DNA of 58,323 bases, filler included, from Sphacelaria rigidula (Eukaryota), in the NCBI GenBank assembly GCA_964200075.2. It is 7 parts of 7 records of this genome, joined end to end, with 100 filler letters (N's around TTAATTAATTAA, not from the genome) between each part and the next. Parts side by side here need not be neighbours in the genome. Positions count along the whole stretch, not along the records: positions 8,348 to 16,594 come from CAXNAA020011786.1; positions 16,695 to 24,940 come from CAXNAA020011787.1; 5 more parts are not named here. One strand, given 5' to 3'. The translations under genes and the position numbers were made by a program. How positions within the stretch are numbered: the first letter of the stretch is position 1; each line of letters opens with the position of its first letter. The notes under the pieces are model-generated. The model did not search any database and was not told where the DNA came from. It worked only from the letters and a program-made list of their open reading frames with translations. Positions 11,386-25,040 of the stretch are shown piece after piece.

Positions 11386-14300
11386 TCATGGATCTATGCG
11401 ATCCGTAGTGAAGGTACCAGGGTTTCTGGTGTTGGGATTCAAGCTTTGTGTCGGTCCCGTCCGCTGGTGTCTATCAGCGGAACGTTTGTTGTCGCGAGAA
11501 TGTTGATCGTTCTGGCGAGGGCTTGCACTATTGTTGTTTTGTCGGCGGCCGCGATTAGAGCTTTTGTTGCCACGTTGATTCGAATTGTTAGGGTAATTTC
11601 GATTGATGGGCGACAGTTGCGCATGCGCTTTCGCCATCGGCGCCACGCGGGTTCATTGTCCTGCGATTCAGGGTTCATGAGATCAAAGGCATTGGTGCAT
11701 GGACCGTCGCAGTCGCGCATACTATGGCCTTGAACACTACAGTTGATACAGCTGTTAGCATGACTGCTGAAGGCATTGCGTCTAGCAGGAGACGAAAGAA
11801 GTGAGTTGAACAAATGGGGATAATCTGTAATGAGTGCCGTTGTTGAAGTCAAAGAAACATCATCCCAATTTTCCTCGGAAAACGGCCAACCATCAAAACT
11901 CGCGCTGAATACATCTCTGGTACTCTGAACATGCACAACTGAACCGGCGACCTAGTCGGGGGTCCATGAAGCGCGAGATGAGCTCTAATTCCTGCCGCGA
12001 GACTCGTGGGCATTAGCGGAGGACACAACCGTAGGTTGTGAACGCAGAGGCGTAGAAGGTTTGCCACGTTTTGGCGGGCGTTAGATTACCCTCTTGGTGT
12101 ACAAAAGCAGACCACATGGCGTCAACGGAGGCGTGAGGGACCTCGCGATGCGCCAAGACACCCGGAAACAACGACGGCATCAGAGCCGGATACTGTTGAG
12201 CAACGCTATTGCGAACGTAAGTCTGACATATTGCATCGCTCGGTCCGTTTTGGCGTCTGACACCCGTAGTATCAGACACCAATAGCTTATATTCGCGAAG
12301 ATAACCCGCGAAGGGGACATCCGATGCGACAGCAAAATAACTCAGCCTCTGGATGGCGCTGGCTTGGTCACTTTTGTCAAAATAACCTATCAAACACCTC
12401 TCCAGATCAGAGAGCAATACCGGGCCTGTCTTCCCCTGGGCACGATCAGGATCCATGTCGGCGAGGAAGCCGTCGAGGATCTGTGTTAGAGAAGCAGCGA
12501 TGTCGGGCGAGCGGCCGCTGATGGATTGATGCAATGCTTTGTGCAACGGGGTCTGCCAGCCGTCTACCCAGTTGGGATCTTCAAAGCGTTGGACGCCAGT
12601 TGCATCTGCCAAGTGAAGGATATTGCAAACTGTACGGCGAATGGATGTGATGAGGGCAGAAGTAAACTGCCCTGAATCTTCGTTATCCGCAGCAGGCATG
12701 TTTTCGACATGCCAAATTGTTTTCACGTCCATCTAGATATACTGTCTCTGTATTGCAGCTACGCGGGCAGACTCGACTCTATCGGAAGCTGTTTTTTTAA
12801 TAGCTTCGGAGCGTTCTTTGTCGGCCGCAGCGGTTGCTAAAGCGCGGGCTGCAGCAGAAGACAATGGGCGATCTAGTATGTCCGAATCAGATAAACCCAA
12901 AATGCGACCCGAAACATCGGCCAACCCAGGTATCACTTGCCTGGGTGTCACCAAACCCGAGGGGGCTAGACCGGTTCCAACCTGGCGCAGAAGATCCGGA
13001 AAAAATGATTCCCGTTTTCTTCCCAGTCGGGCCGCGGTTATTGTGGACCGGGCGGTTCGATCCGGAACCACCCGAGGATCCTCCGCCGCCATGGCAGCGG
13101 CGTGGGTCTCCTCCACTTTTGTCGCCGTCATCCCGCCGGCAGTTCTTGTTCTTGCCTCTGCAGTCGACACTCGTGGGAGTCTAAGCATCATCATCCTCGT
13201 CGTCGTCGTCGGTGGTGACGCCGAGATTCTCGGGGCAAGCAGCACGTACTGCCGCAAAAAAGCCGATTACAGTGTCGACGTAATGGTGGTGAGCAGGGTG
13301 ATCGCCGATGGTCATTTGCAGAACAAGTTGGCCCAAGGTGAGGGACGGTACGCCCTGGTCGGGGAAGAATCCCCCCTGGTCCACGTAAAGATCAATAGCG
13401 TGGTGCAGGCGTTGTGACACAAAGTTTCAAGCTTGACGGGAGCAGCGTAGGTGGTTGTTCCTGGTGAACAGGCCGGTATAATCGGCCGCGGAACGTGAAA
13501 GCCACGTTCGTTCGTGAGGCACCAATTGTAGGCCTGGTGTTGGGCCGGCATTGGCCGCCGAGCTAGCTGCACGAGGCGGGCGTGTTGGGGCCGTGTTGGG
13601 GACGGCAGCGGCCGCAGCATACGACGTATTGCCGGACTTACGTGGAATAACGTAAGTTGACGTGTCGGTCGTGGGCTGGCGGGAAGAGCGACCATCGAGC
13701 GGGTTGCCGATGAACGGCGGAGAGGCCTGATGCTTTGTGAGGCGGGCCACCGACGTGGCCGCTTCGTGGGCCGTCCTACGGACATGGTCCTCGAGATCCT
13801 TCATGTGCTTCTGGGCTGCCAACGCAGCAGTGCGACCCTCCTCCAGGGCGCGTTGAGCCGCGGAGTTTGTGGTTTGGGCGCGTGGTTTGGGCGCGTGAAG
13901 CCTGGCGCTGAAGGTCTCGATGCTTGTCCGCGTGTTCTTCTGCTAGGAGGCGTACAGCAGCGGCGTCGGCCTCCCGTTGTTGCTCCAGTACGTCCCTGAC
14001 CAGCGCTGGCGCTTGCGAGGCGTAATTTTCTATGAGCTCCAACTATTCCGCACGGGGGCGGTTCCTGATGAATAGCCTCAAGAGAAGGCCGGTCAGGCAG
14101 TGCTCGTCGCCGAGCGGAGGGAGATCGTCCACATACTCGGGCGGGGGCACGGGGGCACCCGTGCCAGGACCGGTGGTTGGGCCACTATCGGCGTCTGTGT
14201 GGACGGTAGACGGGGCGGCAACAGTAGTCGGGGCCGGGGTGGTGAGAGCGGTGGCTACAGGCGCAGCGGCCGTGGCAGCGGCGGCGGTTGCCCCCTTGGC

Positions 14301-15600
14301 AGCAGTGGCGGGGGTGATTCCTTTGTTCTCCATTCTTGTCCTAATCAGTTCTTGCTCGAGATCTGTCAGTCGTTGTTGGAGGGAGCGAATAATCGCAGCA
14401 TCAGAGCGGGACGGGGGGTCGCGGTGATTGCGGAGTCGTCGGTTATGCAATGAAGTACGGCCGGATCCCTCAATTGAGGATTCAATAGCCGGTGACATGT
14501 CCGAAAATATATTTTGGATATCGTCAGCATGTACAGTATTATCATTGCGTAATGACGGCAGCGTGACGGATGTGGAGCAGGAGGGGTGCGCGCGGTTGTA
14601 TGATCGGTGTTTTTCGAGGGCGAGTGAACGCGCGATGAACTTGATCTGTGCCGCGAATCATCCTCGTGAGTACAGTCACGGTCGGCATTCACCGGGCGCT
14701 TCGGAGCGCGCGATGAATTAGAACTGTCTCGTGAACTACCATCATATTCACCATGAGCGACATTCTTCGGGCGTGTGAAAACGCGCGATGAATTCAAGCT
14801 GTGCTGGGAGTTGTCCTTGGAAGTGCCAGCATGGGTGACGTGGTCGTGACCAACTGTCGGTGTGCGGCGCCATTCAGGAGCGTGAGCAAGACTTTGGTTT
14901 GAAGTGAAGAAGGGGCTCGGCTTGTGGTCGTTGAATTTTCCTTGAGGGACGAACGGAGAGCGCAACGTCGCCGATCGGGGCGCCAAACGCACGTTTTTGG
15001 GCGTGGCAGGTGTAGAATCATCGTTGAATTGCTAGTGAGCAGACGCCGATTGGTCTTGAAGCGTGGCCTGGCACAAAGCCGTAAATGCCTCGATTAGAGC
15101 TGACACTGGCGTGTGCGCCGACGCCGATGAAGTACGATGCATATTCTGCAGGGCAGAAGGCATGGCCGCGACTGCTGGTCCGACATTAGACTGCGCATCA
15201 GAGCGCATTGGACTGCCAAGAGTCGTGCGATGAGGGTCCGCAACGGAAGCAGCCCGCGTGACAAAATCTCTTGTTCCAGCAGCGATACGCTTCGTCGGGA
15301 CTGAGTCGTCTCGAGAATTGTCAACCGTTGTTCGACGGGATGCCACGGTTGAAGCAACCGTTACAGGGCCAAGCTGGGCACGTGTGTCCAGGGGCAGCCA
15401 GCGACTCGGCTGGGGGCACAATCCTGACTTCGGATTTCACATCGAGATTCGGAAGAACAGGCCGCAGCGAGGGGGGTGCTACGGAATCCACCGTTATGGG
15501 TTCACTGACATGTCTGTCAGGAGCAAATGACTCGGCCGGTGGCACAAGCCTGCTCTCTGAGTTCGAATCGGTACGTGAGAGAACAGTTCACGGCGCCAAG
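11386..15600 (-). pseudogene. gag: Long fragmented gag ORF with CCHC zinc knuckle
   Basis: CINCSVQGHSMRDC (C-x2-C-x4-H-x4-C) near 11710-11750; capsid-like segment ASAIQRLSYF...FAGYLREYKLL; frameshifts and stops. Confidence 0.85.
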
Positions 15601-16112
15601 GGCAGACTATAACTGTATTATCCCGGCACAAGCTGAGAAGCGACTGGCGGTGTTCAATAATTTTTTTCGATGAGCACCGAAGGGTCTTGCGGCGTAGGAC
15701 AGCACTAAAGCTTCTACAAAGCGTGGGATGGAGGCCGTAAGATCGGACTGCCTAGTGCAGCACGAAGGCTTGTTACACAACGGAGGTGGGGCAACGTACG
15801 TATATGAAACAAGGTTAAAGTAGTGCGCAGCAAGGGCAACGCTGAGGGTGTGTGCCGAAAACGTGGTACACCGCCAAGGGGCACTGGTTTTGAGTGCCGT
15901 GTGCTCCAAGTGAGCACGTAACGTAGGTCTGGGATGTTACAAGCGAGTATTATCGCGACGAAACGGTCTCGGAACAATTAGTTATTGCTTTGGCCGAGAG
16001 GGGGTCAATGTGAAAAACCTCACAGTCCGTTGGATTGTGTATTGTTAATTGCCACGGTGATTTACAGCGCTGCTCTACAGATGTGCGAAGTACACTAGAA
16101 GAGAACACAAAC

Positions 16113-16594
16113 TGTTATGGATCACGACATACATGGAGGTAGGGCAGTACGATGATGGGCCCGTCTATCTAATAGAAAAGACCCGGGTGGCTGACTGCGG
16201 GAACTGGCAATGTGCCGCAGTCAGGGGTGAGGATGTTTGAGCCCGTACGAAGACGGTTACATAAACATCCTCTTTACATCCGACTTGAACTCGGTTCTTG
16301 CAGAATCGATGAAAGCCGGCACCCTGGTTTTAATCCTCTGGAACGAAAATGAAGTTACCCGGAACGAGCTAAAAACCACCATTACAAAAGAGAAACTGAA
16401 TCGGCCCTGAAGCTGTGATCAAGATACCCTGACATTCAGGATAAGCTGTTCTGCGTTCAACTGATCATCCCTTGTGCTGGAAAACCGTTTTGCCCTGCGA
16501 TGATGGTCAGTGCGTACGTACAAATCAATGCATACTGTACAGTACCGGCCCGCTAGTAAGAAACGTGTCAGTAAGAAAATCAGCCTCAAATTTT
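16113..16594 (+). mobile_element. LTR (partial) of the contig-1 family, nested in opposite orientation in the 5'UTR of the contig-2 element
   Basis: Starts TGTTATGG; homologous to the reverse complement of 4898-5408; the host sequence on its left matches 51900-51990. Confidence 0.8.
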
Positions 16595-16694
16595 NNNNNN
16601 NNNNNNNNNNNNNNNNNNNNNNNNNNNNNNNNNNNNNNTTAATTAATTAANNNNNNNNNNNNNNNNNNNNNNNNNNNNNNNNNNNNNNNNNNNN
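16595..16694. other. Artificial contig linker
   Basis: Same 100-bp N/TTAATTAATTAA/N structure. Confidence 0.99.
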
Positions 16695-16920
16695 CAAACC
16701 CCCCCCCCCCGAAACCAAACACCCCCAATCACGGGGCACCCCCCCCCCCCCCCCCTCCCCTCCCCTCCCACCCCTGCCCCCTGCCCCACGAAGGCAAGGA
16801 AGCAAAAACAACCAGCACCAACAGCAGCAGCAGCTTTCAAACGTCTGGTGATTTGATGGGAGAAAATTAACGCAGCACCGACTATTATCAATGCAACGCG
16901 ACCCCGCTCATTTCTTGCTG

Positions 16921-16962
<42 letters not shown>

Positions 16963-18097
16963 ACCCCCCCATACCCCCACCACAAAACACAAACAGCACC
17001 CCCCCCCNNNNNNNNNNCACTCATTTTCCATTCAACCCCCACCTCTCTTTTTTTTCTTGTGTCCCCCCCCCCCCCCCCCCCACCCCCGTCTCCCTCCAAT
17101 AGTCATATTACTACGACATACAAGATCATGATGAGCCCCCCCTCCCTCCCCCCATCGCCCGCTCACCCCTCCTCCTCCTGCGCCCACCTCAAAGGTATGT
17201 TGTTGTATGTACGAAGTCAACCGAGGTTCAGGGACTGCAATTCTTGCTGTACGAATGAAGAAATGTACTCCTGTTGCTGAGAAGAACCGAGAAGATACGC
17301 GCGAACGTCATGTATAATGATCAAGATGGATGAACATACACCAGCGGTTCGCCGCTCCCCGTAGCCTCCACGACCGACCGCTAACTCATATTTCATATCT
17401 GGCTTTTCCTCACAGATCTGGTGTTGTGCGTGTTGTTCACCTGTGTCCTCTCATCTTCTACTGCAAGAAGACGTGAAATAGGTGACAGAGATGATAACAA
17501 AAATGAAAATAAAGTCAAAATGATCCAAGGTGAAAAGAGGACAAGTTTAAAGTAAAACGAGTTTGTGGACAGCCTGTCGACGCTGGAGATGATCATCTTG
17601 TAGCGGAGGAATTAATCGTAATTTGATGGTCCTTCCTTTCATGTTGTATTGGCTGCCGTTGTACTTTTATACGACCACTATACTATTGCGTCCTCTCTGT
17701 CTGTTGCACTATTTGTAATTATTTGCGCAGTAGTCCCCACTCAGGCTTCATCCCTACTCTTACTCTTCGTACCACAGACATCCAAGTGCACAAACATAGT
17801 ATCACACAACTGGAGAAGAGTGTCGAGTCCGTATTGGACATGAAGATCTGGGTGGTAAGGTCACCGTTGCACTTTCATGCAACGTACCGCCGCGTACTGC
17901 GGATGTTGTTATGCTGAAGTCGGTGATGATGCATGGTGCATGCCTCGAGTTCGTGTGGGCGATCCCTCACACCCGTATGTCCTTTCTTCCCGACGCATCC
18001 CATTTTAACGAAAGATTTCAACATTTCTCATTTTAGCGACGTCGATCTAAATTTTGTGCGGCGTTGTAGAGCGTGAAGCCTGGTGAAAGCAAACATG

Positions 18098-18098
<1 letters not shown>

Positions 18099-18140
<42 letters not shown>

Positions 18141-18161
18141 CGGTAGTAGTAGCAGCAGCAG
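18099..18161. repeat. (CAG)n/(TAG)n microsatellite
   Basis: Direct inspection. Confidence 0.9.
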
Positions 18162-18365
18162 CGATGAGTAACCAGGGAGAACGTACTGTACTTGATGGAA
18201 CGCTGACTTCCTTCAACCGGAAACAGACACAGAAGCGTGATGATAAGTTGTGATGCAACCATATCGTCGTCAGCGGTCATCAACAGGGATGATGATTAGA
18301 TATCGGGATGGCAGGAGGTCCGGTGCAGAACAGTATAACATGATAGCAGCTGATATGCACCTTAC

Positions 18366-18650
18366 CCTGACGGACCCTGGGACCTCGGGCCTCAATCGAT
18401 GTGCGATCATATATACTGTAGTACGTAAGCCTTCGTATGGTTCGTTGGTCTCCACTACGCACGCACCACAGCGAAACAGATCCGTAATGACGATGGCACC
18501 AGGCAGGAGATTCATTTCCACGTCGCAGGTGGAATTGCTCTCAGTCCGTACCGTACGTATGCACGTGCGGCTCGGGGTCACAATGGTATCCACGCAGATA
18601 TTGTTCAAGAAGATAAATTCCGAAGATGCGTCTCCGCGGCATCTCCGAAG
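18366..18650 (-). CDS. Possible exon of an unresolved or decayed minus-strand gene
   Basis: Open protein-like frame (...IFLNNICVDTIV...PEVPGSVR) ending at a good donor AGG|GTAAGG. Other exon-like pieces lie near 17393-17461, 18875-19070 and 20209-20320, but phases could not be joined. Confidence 0.3.
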
Positions 18651-21600
18651 TCGGAACAATAATGGTCTCCGCAAAACTCCGTCTGCAGCGCCTTTCTTGT
18701 GTTGTACAGTCGGTACAACGAGTACAGTAAAGTACAGACAGCAGCTCAGCGACAGTACTGCACTGTCGGCGAAGTGAGTCAGTCAATCAATCAACTGTCG
18801 GTAAAGAGTTGGGGTTGCATGTCGCGTGCAAGAACTCTTGAATACATCCGTGCCGTAGCAGTGTTACACTTTACCTGTGAACAGAACGGTCAAATGTTTA
18901 ACGGAAATAGGAGGTTGGCTTGGGGTAGATAGATGTATGATGTTGTTGCTGCCTGTTCGATGGTTTGAAAAGGTGTCAACCGGTAGAGTTTCTCCATCTT
19001 CCTGCTTGACAACCTCTGGGGGCCGCAGGTTTGCAGATTGCCCACTGTTCCACTACTGACCGGACTGTCCCCTGCAATTTGTTTTTGACTTGGTTAGAAA
19101 GGCGCGAGATCAGGTCCCTTGCATCATGTCCGATTTCCGTTCAGCTTGAAAAAAAAAACATAATTCCAATTTTTAAGCACAGTTTTTTCTACTGTTGTAT
19201 AAGAATCCCATGAACCAGAAAATTCTCGACTCTGGTGCCTGCGCCCCCCCCCCCCCCGCCCACCCCCCAACTTGACACTAACTTCTGTCCAAGTTCCCGA
19301 CTACGGCGTTGGACCCGAAAACGCGTACGCTCATTGCAACAATTCACGCGGCGAGGACACATCCATTACTGTCGGGATCTGACCGATCTCAAGGCTTGTG
19401 CTTGTGCTTCCGGCGTCGAGGCGTAAGTTGAGCTCGTTCGGGATCGGAGCGATCTTGGCAAGAACCAAGGGGAGCCTTACAGAATAACCTTTCGCTTTCA
19501 CCGTTTGTTACTTGACGTCTTCGAGAGCGTTCGTTTTGGTCTGGACCAAAAATGCATCACCCAGCACCCACTACAACCTCGGTTGACATGCCAACAACAG
19601 CAGCGACAACAACCGCAGCCAAGGAGCAAGGCACGTACCTCAATAGGTGAGCACGGTCAGTATTCCATCGCTCGGGAGCAGGCAAAGGAAGGGAGGCATG
19701 GGGGCGGGGATGTCGGTGTTTGTTGCGGTTGTTGATTTTCACAGCTGCAGGCCTGTTTCGTATTTTCTCTTGCCATCGGGCGCAGTTTGATTTTTGTCTT
19801 GTTTTGCGCGCGTAGAGGCAGGCATCCGGCCGGACCGCGCGCCTTTTTTTCGGCCCCCCGTTTCTCGAACTCCCACCCCTTCCATCTCAGGGGCGCAGCA
19901 ACCGAGCTGTCGTGCAACCCTCGCGGAGCACCCTGATGTATCGACTCGGATGCGGAGGGGGAGGGGAAGACAGTGGTGTGCGCAATTGTACCGATGGTGG
20001 CCCCGTTCTTCCGCACCGGACACCATGTCACGTTTTCTTTCCTCCTCACCTATTTGTTCATATGTCTTTCGGACTTGCAGTTTTATAAAACAAACCGCCT
20101 CCCTGCTTTCCACCCTGTCAGGTCGACGACGACAACAACAGCAACAATAACAACATGTGATGCTTCCAAGCACCATCGTGGCAACAATGCTGCTGCAGTG
20201 TTACCTCCAGCGCCGCCCACTGCATTCGTCAGCAGAGGTGGTCGGCCTGTATTTGCAGCTCCGCCCTCTGGGGCAGTGCCCGTGGTGAGTCTCGGATTAC
20301 TCTCGCCCTGCATCATTGTTGTTCCTGTTGTCAAGTGTGGTTGATTTCTTAGGTTTCGAGTCCTTGTCATAAAGCGAGAGCCTTGCTGTGAACACCCGCT
20401 CCTTAGACATTATCTGCTGCTCGATGCGCTGCAGTGCAGCTGTGCATGAGACTAGCTCGCTGTTGGCGTGCGAAGACCAACAATCAGAGGCCACGTTCTA
20501 CCCGCGCACACTGCGGGGCAGCCATGTGACGTTCCTGCTCCTCAACGTTGAGCATCGAAACTAAATCAGCACAGTTCTGTCTTCCCCACTCCGTGCGGTG
20601 CAGCTTCACTTCCCTCAAGTTATTCAATCAATATTCGTATTTTTGATGGGACATGTGACGCCAACTGCAACCTCCCGCGCCGAAAGAAGACAACTCGTCG
20701 TCGAGTATTTTTTCCCCCAAGCGACACGCGGCAAGCCGTACGGTCAAGAGTCGGTGGGTATTTCATGCGCACCTTGCTCCACCTTATTTAATGACAACAG
20801 ACGTGGCTGATAGCGGGCTGGTGACTACGCGGCCCAGCAAAGACTAGCGGATGCAGGCCAAAATAACCTGTTTATCCGTGCCCTCAGACTTTTATTAAAG
20901 TCCCAGCTTGTGAGATGAAAAGACACATCCGCAGGGCATTTTTTTCTGAAGGGGCGATACACATCTTCTTGGTATACATGGAAACCCGTCACAAAATCAC
21001 CAAAGATGGAACATCAAGTGTAGGCTTCGGTTTTGGTGAGGGGCCGTGTTTGCTTGCCCCCCAGGGGCGAAGGGCATGTCCGCGATCGAGTAATGTCGCA
21101 CAATTTTATCAAAGCCCTAATACGCCGGCGGCGAAATTCAAGCGTGCTTCCCGGGCTGCTGTAGCGGGCACGCCGCCCAGATTTTTTGCATGGACTCTTG
21201 ACTCAGTCCCAATTTTCCGCGCCCATCACAGCACGGTACACAGTAATATACACACTAGTACAGTCAGTCCGTACAGTATTTGAACCTATCTGTCTGCGTT
21301 TCGAATTCGAAAAGACTGAGGAGGAACAGTTTTCTTCACAGGTCAAATTTTGTACCCCACCGATTTACTGGAAGTTTCGACGCTGTTTGGTGGTTCCCCA
21401 TCTTCAATTGTCCGTCGCCCTGCCCCCCCCCGTGAGGATGGGTATTCGCGAAACTGCTTGGTACCGCACGTGAAAACACACGCGCGCGTTAGCGACACCC
21501 AAGACAACCCCTTCACGATGTACCTACCGGTGAGGAATGGGAGGGACAAACACTACACGTGAACCAACACAACAAGGGAATTCTCCATATTTGTGTAATT

Positions 21601-22286
21601 TATGTGTTGTGTGCTCGTGTCAAAACAAAACGTTCCGAAAAAACGTGTGACAGATGGCCTCACGCGATTTGACCTGATGACCTGACACATCTTTCACACA
21701 CACAATTCAATAAATTTCTTCGAAAAAGAAAACCTGCTCGTCGTTCTGAATTCTTCTCACGGTTTCTATCCAGTCGCACCCGTCTCACATGTTGAGGTCG
21801 AGTCTGTCCGTTGTGGTGCCTGTGGAAGAGCCGTCCGGCCGGTCTTGTACGCGGATACAGACAGTATACTTCCTCGTAAATATTTCAAGTTTGTGCAACT
21901 GTTGCAATTTTGATGCGATTTTTACGAGCAGCACCCGCCGCACTTTTGCGGGCCACCGCGCTTTCACCGTCATGTGTCCTCTCCTCCTCTTGCCTTCCTC
22001 CCGTACACCGTCCTCAGTTCCATCTCCCGTACTCTCTGTTCGCCATTCGTTTGCGTGTTCCGCTTCCCACTATTGTTGCATCGGCCGACGGCCCAACTAC
22101 AAACTGCTCAACTACAAACGGCGACAACAGCGCATACCGACAGAGTCGAGCGCAACAGCGGGGCAAGCAAACGGGGGTGCGGCGATGGCGGTTCCTCCGG
22201 GGCTACGGCGCAGGTCACAGATCCAAATAATTGTTCGCAACCCTGTTGTTTGCAACCCTAGGAAGAACAACAATGCGACGACGACG

Positions 22287-22929
22287 ATGGCTGCGAAGCA
22301 AACCAATGCTACATCAACAGTGATACCCGCGGCCCAACGACAACATCCCCCACCGCAACAACAAAAGAGCGACAAAAACAGCAACAGCAATCATCCGTTC
22401 GAAGACTGCTTCGCTCCGCGAAACACTTGGCCCCGCCACGGCGTGAACGGTTTTTACACCCATGACCGTCACGCCACCGGCCCCGCTGCCGCCAACGACA
22501 CCACCCCGACAAGGCTCACCACCACCAACAAACCCACACGCAGCCCACTATCGTTCTACAGCGATGGCGCCCTGCGCTCGTTCGCCGTTTGCGGCGCTCC
22601 CGGCTGCGACGTGTGCACCAACAACGGTACGGCATACATGGGCGGAGGAGCTGTTGGCGGAGACTCTCGACTTCACGGTAATGGAGCCCTCCACAGTGCG
22701 GGCGGTCGGGTTCACTCTCGCTCCTTCGATGACCTTGGTAGCAGCAGGAGAGGCGCGGCCGCAGCTGCGGCAGCGGCGCAACGCCGACCAACCGGACTGA
22801 ACTTTTTCGATGAACACCAGGTGCCCCTGGACAAACCGGGGCGCAAACTCATCCAACACGCTTGCGAACACTGCAGGATGCCGTTTATCCCGAAGGTTGA
22901 CCCCGAAGCGGCCGCCAGGCGACGAGCGG

Positions 22930-22976
<47 letters not shown>

Positions 22977-23606
22977 GCGGCAGCAGCGGCAAGCTCCGGC
23001 AACGGTTGGGGCACGGCGGCGGCCGAGCCTGACGCTGTCAAACCCCTCGCGTATAATGGCGGAGATTCTACAGATGCGGTCACCGTCACCGCGCCGCCGA
23101 CGCCGTCATTAACCCCGCCCCCGTCATGCGAGGGCGGAGCAGCGGCAACAGCAAGCCCCACGGGCTCTCTTGATGGCCGACCCTCATCTGCTGGCTCCGG
23201 GTCGTCTCCGGCGTTTTGCTCGACGGGTGCTGATACCACCTCGCCACCTTCGATGGGACGGTTCGGGGCGGCTAGCAGCCGTAGCAGCAATGGGTCCGGC
23301 AACGATGAATGTGACGATCAGGAGGATGAACATGCGCTTGGGTTCTGTTCGGGAGATTGCAAGGTGTCATACATGCTGACCAACCCGGCGGCGCTGCGGC
23401 GGCAGCGCGCAGCGGCGGCTGCCAAAGCGGCGGCGCGGCAGGCACACGTGGAGGCGACGAGAATGCAACGGTTTCGCCGCGAGCGGAGCTTGCGGTTACA
23501 GCAGCAGCAGCGACAACAACAACAAGAACAGCAGCAGCAGCGACCACGACAGCAACAAGAGAAGCAACAGCAGGGAGCTAATGCGACGGCTGCGACGCGG
23601 GACTAA
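22287..23606 (+). CDS. Intronless Q/A/S-rich protein with C-x4-C-x2-C and a split CxxC...FCSxxC (FCS/FLZ-like) zinc-binding motif; in-frame upstream ATGs at 22185 and 21789
   Basis: The 605-codon ORF 21789-23606 is GC-rich and coding-like from about 22185 on; motifs CGAPGCDVC, CEHC, FCSGDC; polyQ14. Confidence 0.7.
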
Positions 23607-24940
23607 TGGGGGCGTTTCGGTGTTTCGCCGAACCCGTGGCGGGGTGGGGCGGGGCGGGACGGAGGAGGGGGGGATCAGGGAGAACTTGATGGTGACGCGC
23701 TTCTCGTGGCGATAGACTTTTTTACGGTGGTGAGAAGAACAAGTGTGTCGCGGCGGTAGATTCCGCAGTGAAAAGGCGTTGTCCTCGATCGCATTTCTTC
23801 TTTCAGGTGAAAGAAAAAATGTGCCCTTGGATATTGTTCTTGTTACAAGTAGTATCGTGTCTTGAAAATTGATCATTATTGTCGTCGTCGTTGTTGTGTG
23901 AATTGGTTTGGTTGTGGACTAGATTGTTCTTTCCCCCCTTGGAACCCCCCCCCCCCCCCCCCCCCCCCCTTTTGTTTCCCCGCTGGAAAAGTTTGACAAA
24001 AAGGGGTTTCTTATGGCTGGCTTGGTGCTGGTTGGCGTTCTTCCCCTTTGGGAGATGCGCTATGTTGATTGGTTGAGACAGTAGATCGTGATACTGTTGA
24101 GTGTAATGGCGTGTGGTATTTTTTGGCGTGTGCAATGCTGTGAGGTGTGTATCGGGTGATTTTGGTTCGTGGTTAAGAGAACGAACGGCCGAGGGGCGGT
24201 CATGGCGAGTTTGCAGAAACAACCGCAGTATCATCGTGTAGGCCTTCCTCCAGGGGAGGTTTTGACCTTTCTGTGGTGTGGTTCCGGTGTGTACATGTGT
24301 ACATGTGTGTTATGTGTGCTGACTTTTTGCTTGGATTAGCGTTGTTTCGTGTGACGTTTGGTGAGTTGGGTGGGAAATGCTCGATCGAAGTACGAGATTG
24401 TGCGCAGTGAAGAGGAGGCAGTGTTGTAGCGGACGAGCAGTGAAAGGAAAAGGAGAAGGAACGCGTCGCAACGATGGCCGAAAGAGGAAATAAATTCGAG
24501 AGGAAGGAGAAAAGTTGGATCCGTGCTGTACCGTATTTTTCTTTTTTCTTTTTCGCGCGCGCGGGTGTGTCTCTGTGTGTGAAGAAGGAGATGCTCTTCT
24601 CACCTCGATGTAAGAGTTTCCTCAAACGTCTGTCGTTACGTCTTCTCGCGTTTGTGCGTTTTTGTGTCTATGATGTGTTTCTAAACGGCTCGTCTTTATC
24701 CTGTACAAAAAGTGGTAAGAAATAGTATATTTACCAAGATATTTATTTGGGTCCGCGGTCGCTCCTCCGCACGTGTCATGGGCATGGGGTGAAAAAGCGC
24801 GGGGCGCGCACGGGGGTTGGGGGATGTGCAGGGAGAAACGATTTATCTTCTTTTATTTCTTCCATGTTTTTTTTTTTTTTTTTTCCTCACCTTTCTTTCT
24901 TCTCCCTTTTTTTTCCCTCTGCTCTTTCGTGGGTTGGTAT

Positions 24941-25040
24941 NNNNNNNNNNNNNNNNNNNNNNNNNNNNNNNNNNNNNNNNNNNNTTAATTAATTAANNNN
25001 NNNNNNNNNNNNNNNNNNNNNNNNNNNNNNNNNNNNNNNN
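24941..25040. other. Artificial contig linker
   Basis: Same 100-bp structure. Confidence 0.99.

Larger units (their letters stand above)
8348..16112 (-). mobile_element. Degenerate Ty3/Gypsy LTR retrotransposon internal region (5'UTR-gag-PR-RT), cut by the contig end
   Basis: Order is gag(CCHC)-protease-RT with no integrase in between; homologous throughout to ~51900-58323. Confidence 0.93.

Noticed and set aside
1-16594. Contigs 1 and 2 as one continuous retroelement cluster
   Set aside because: Separated by a linker, and their proteases are clearly different families
16695-17180. Gly-rich ORFs or G-quadruplex cluster
   Set aside because: Poly-C runs at a contig edge with an internal gap (17008-17017); low-complexity and unreliable
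21789-22184. N-terminal 132 codons of the 605-aa ORF as real protein
   Set aside because: Composition is UTR-like; the ATG at 22185 or 22287 is more plausible, though not proven
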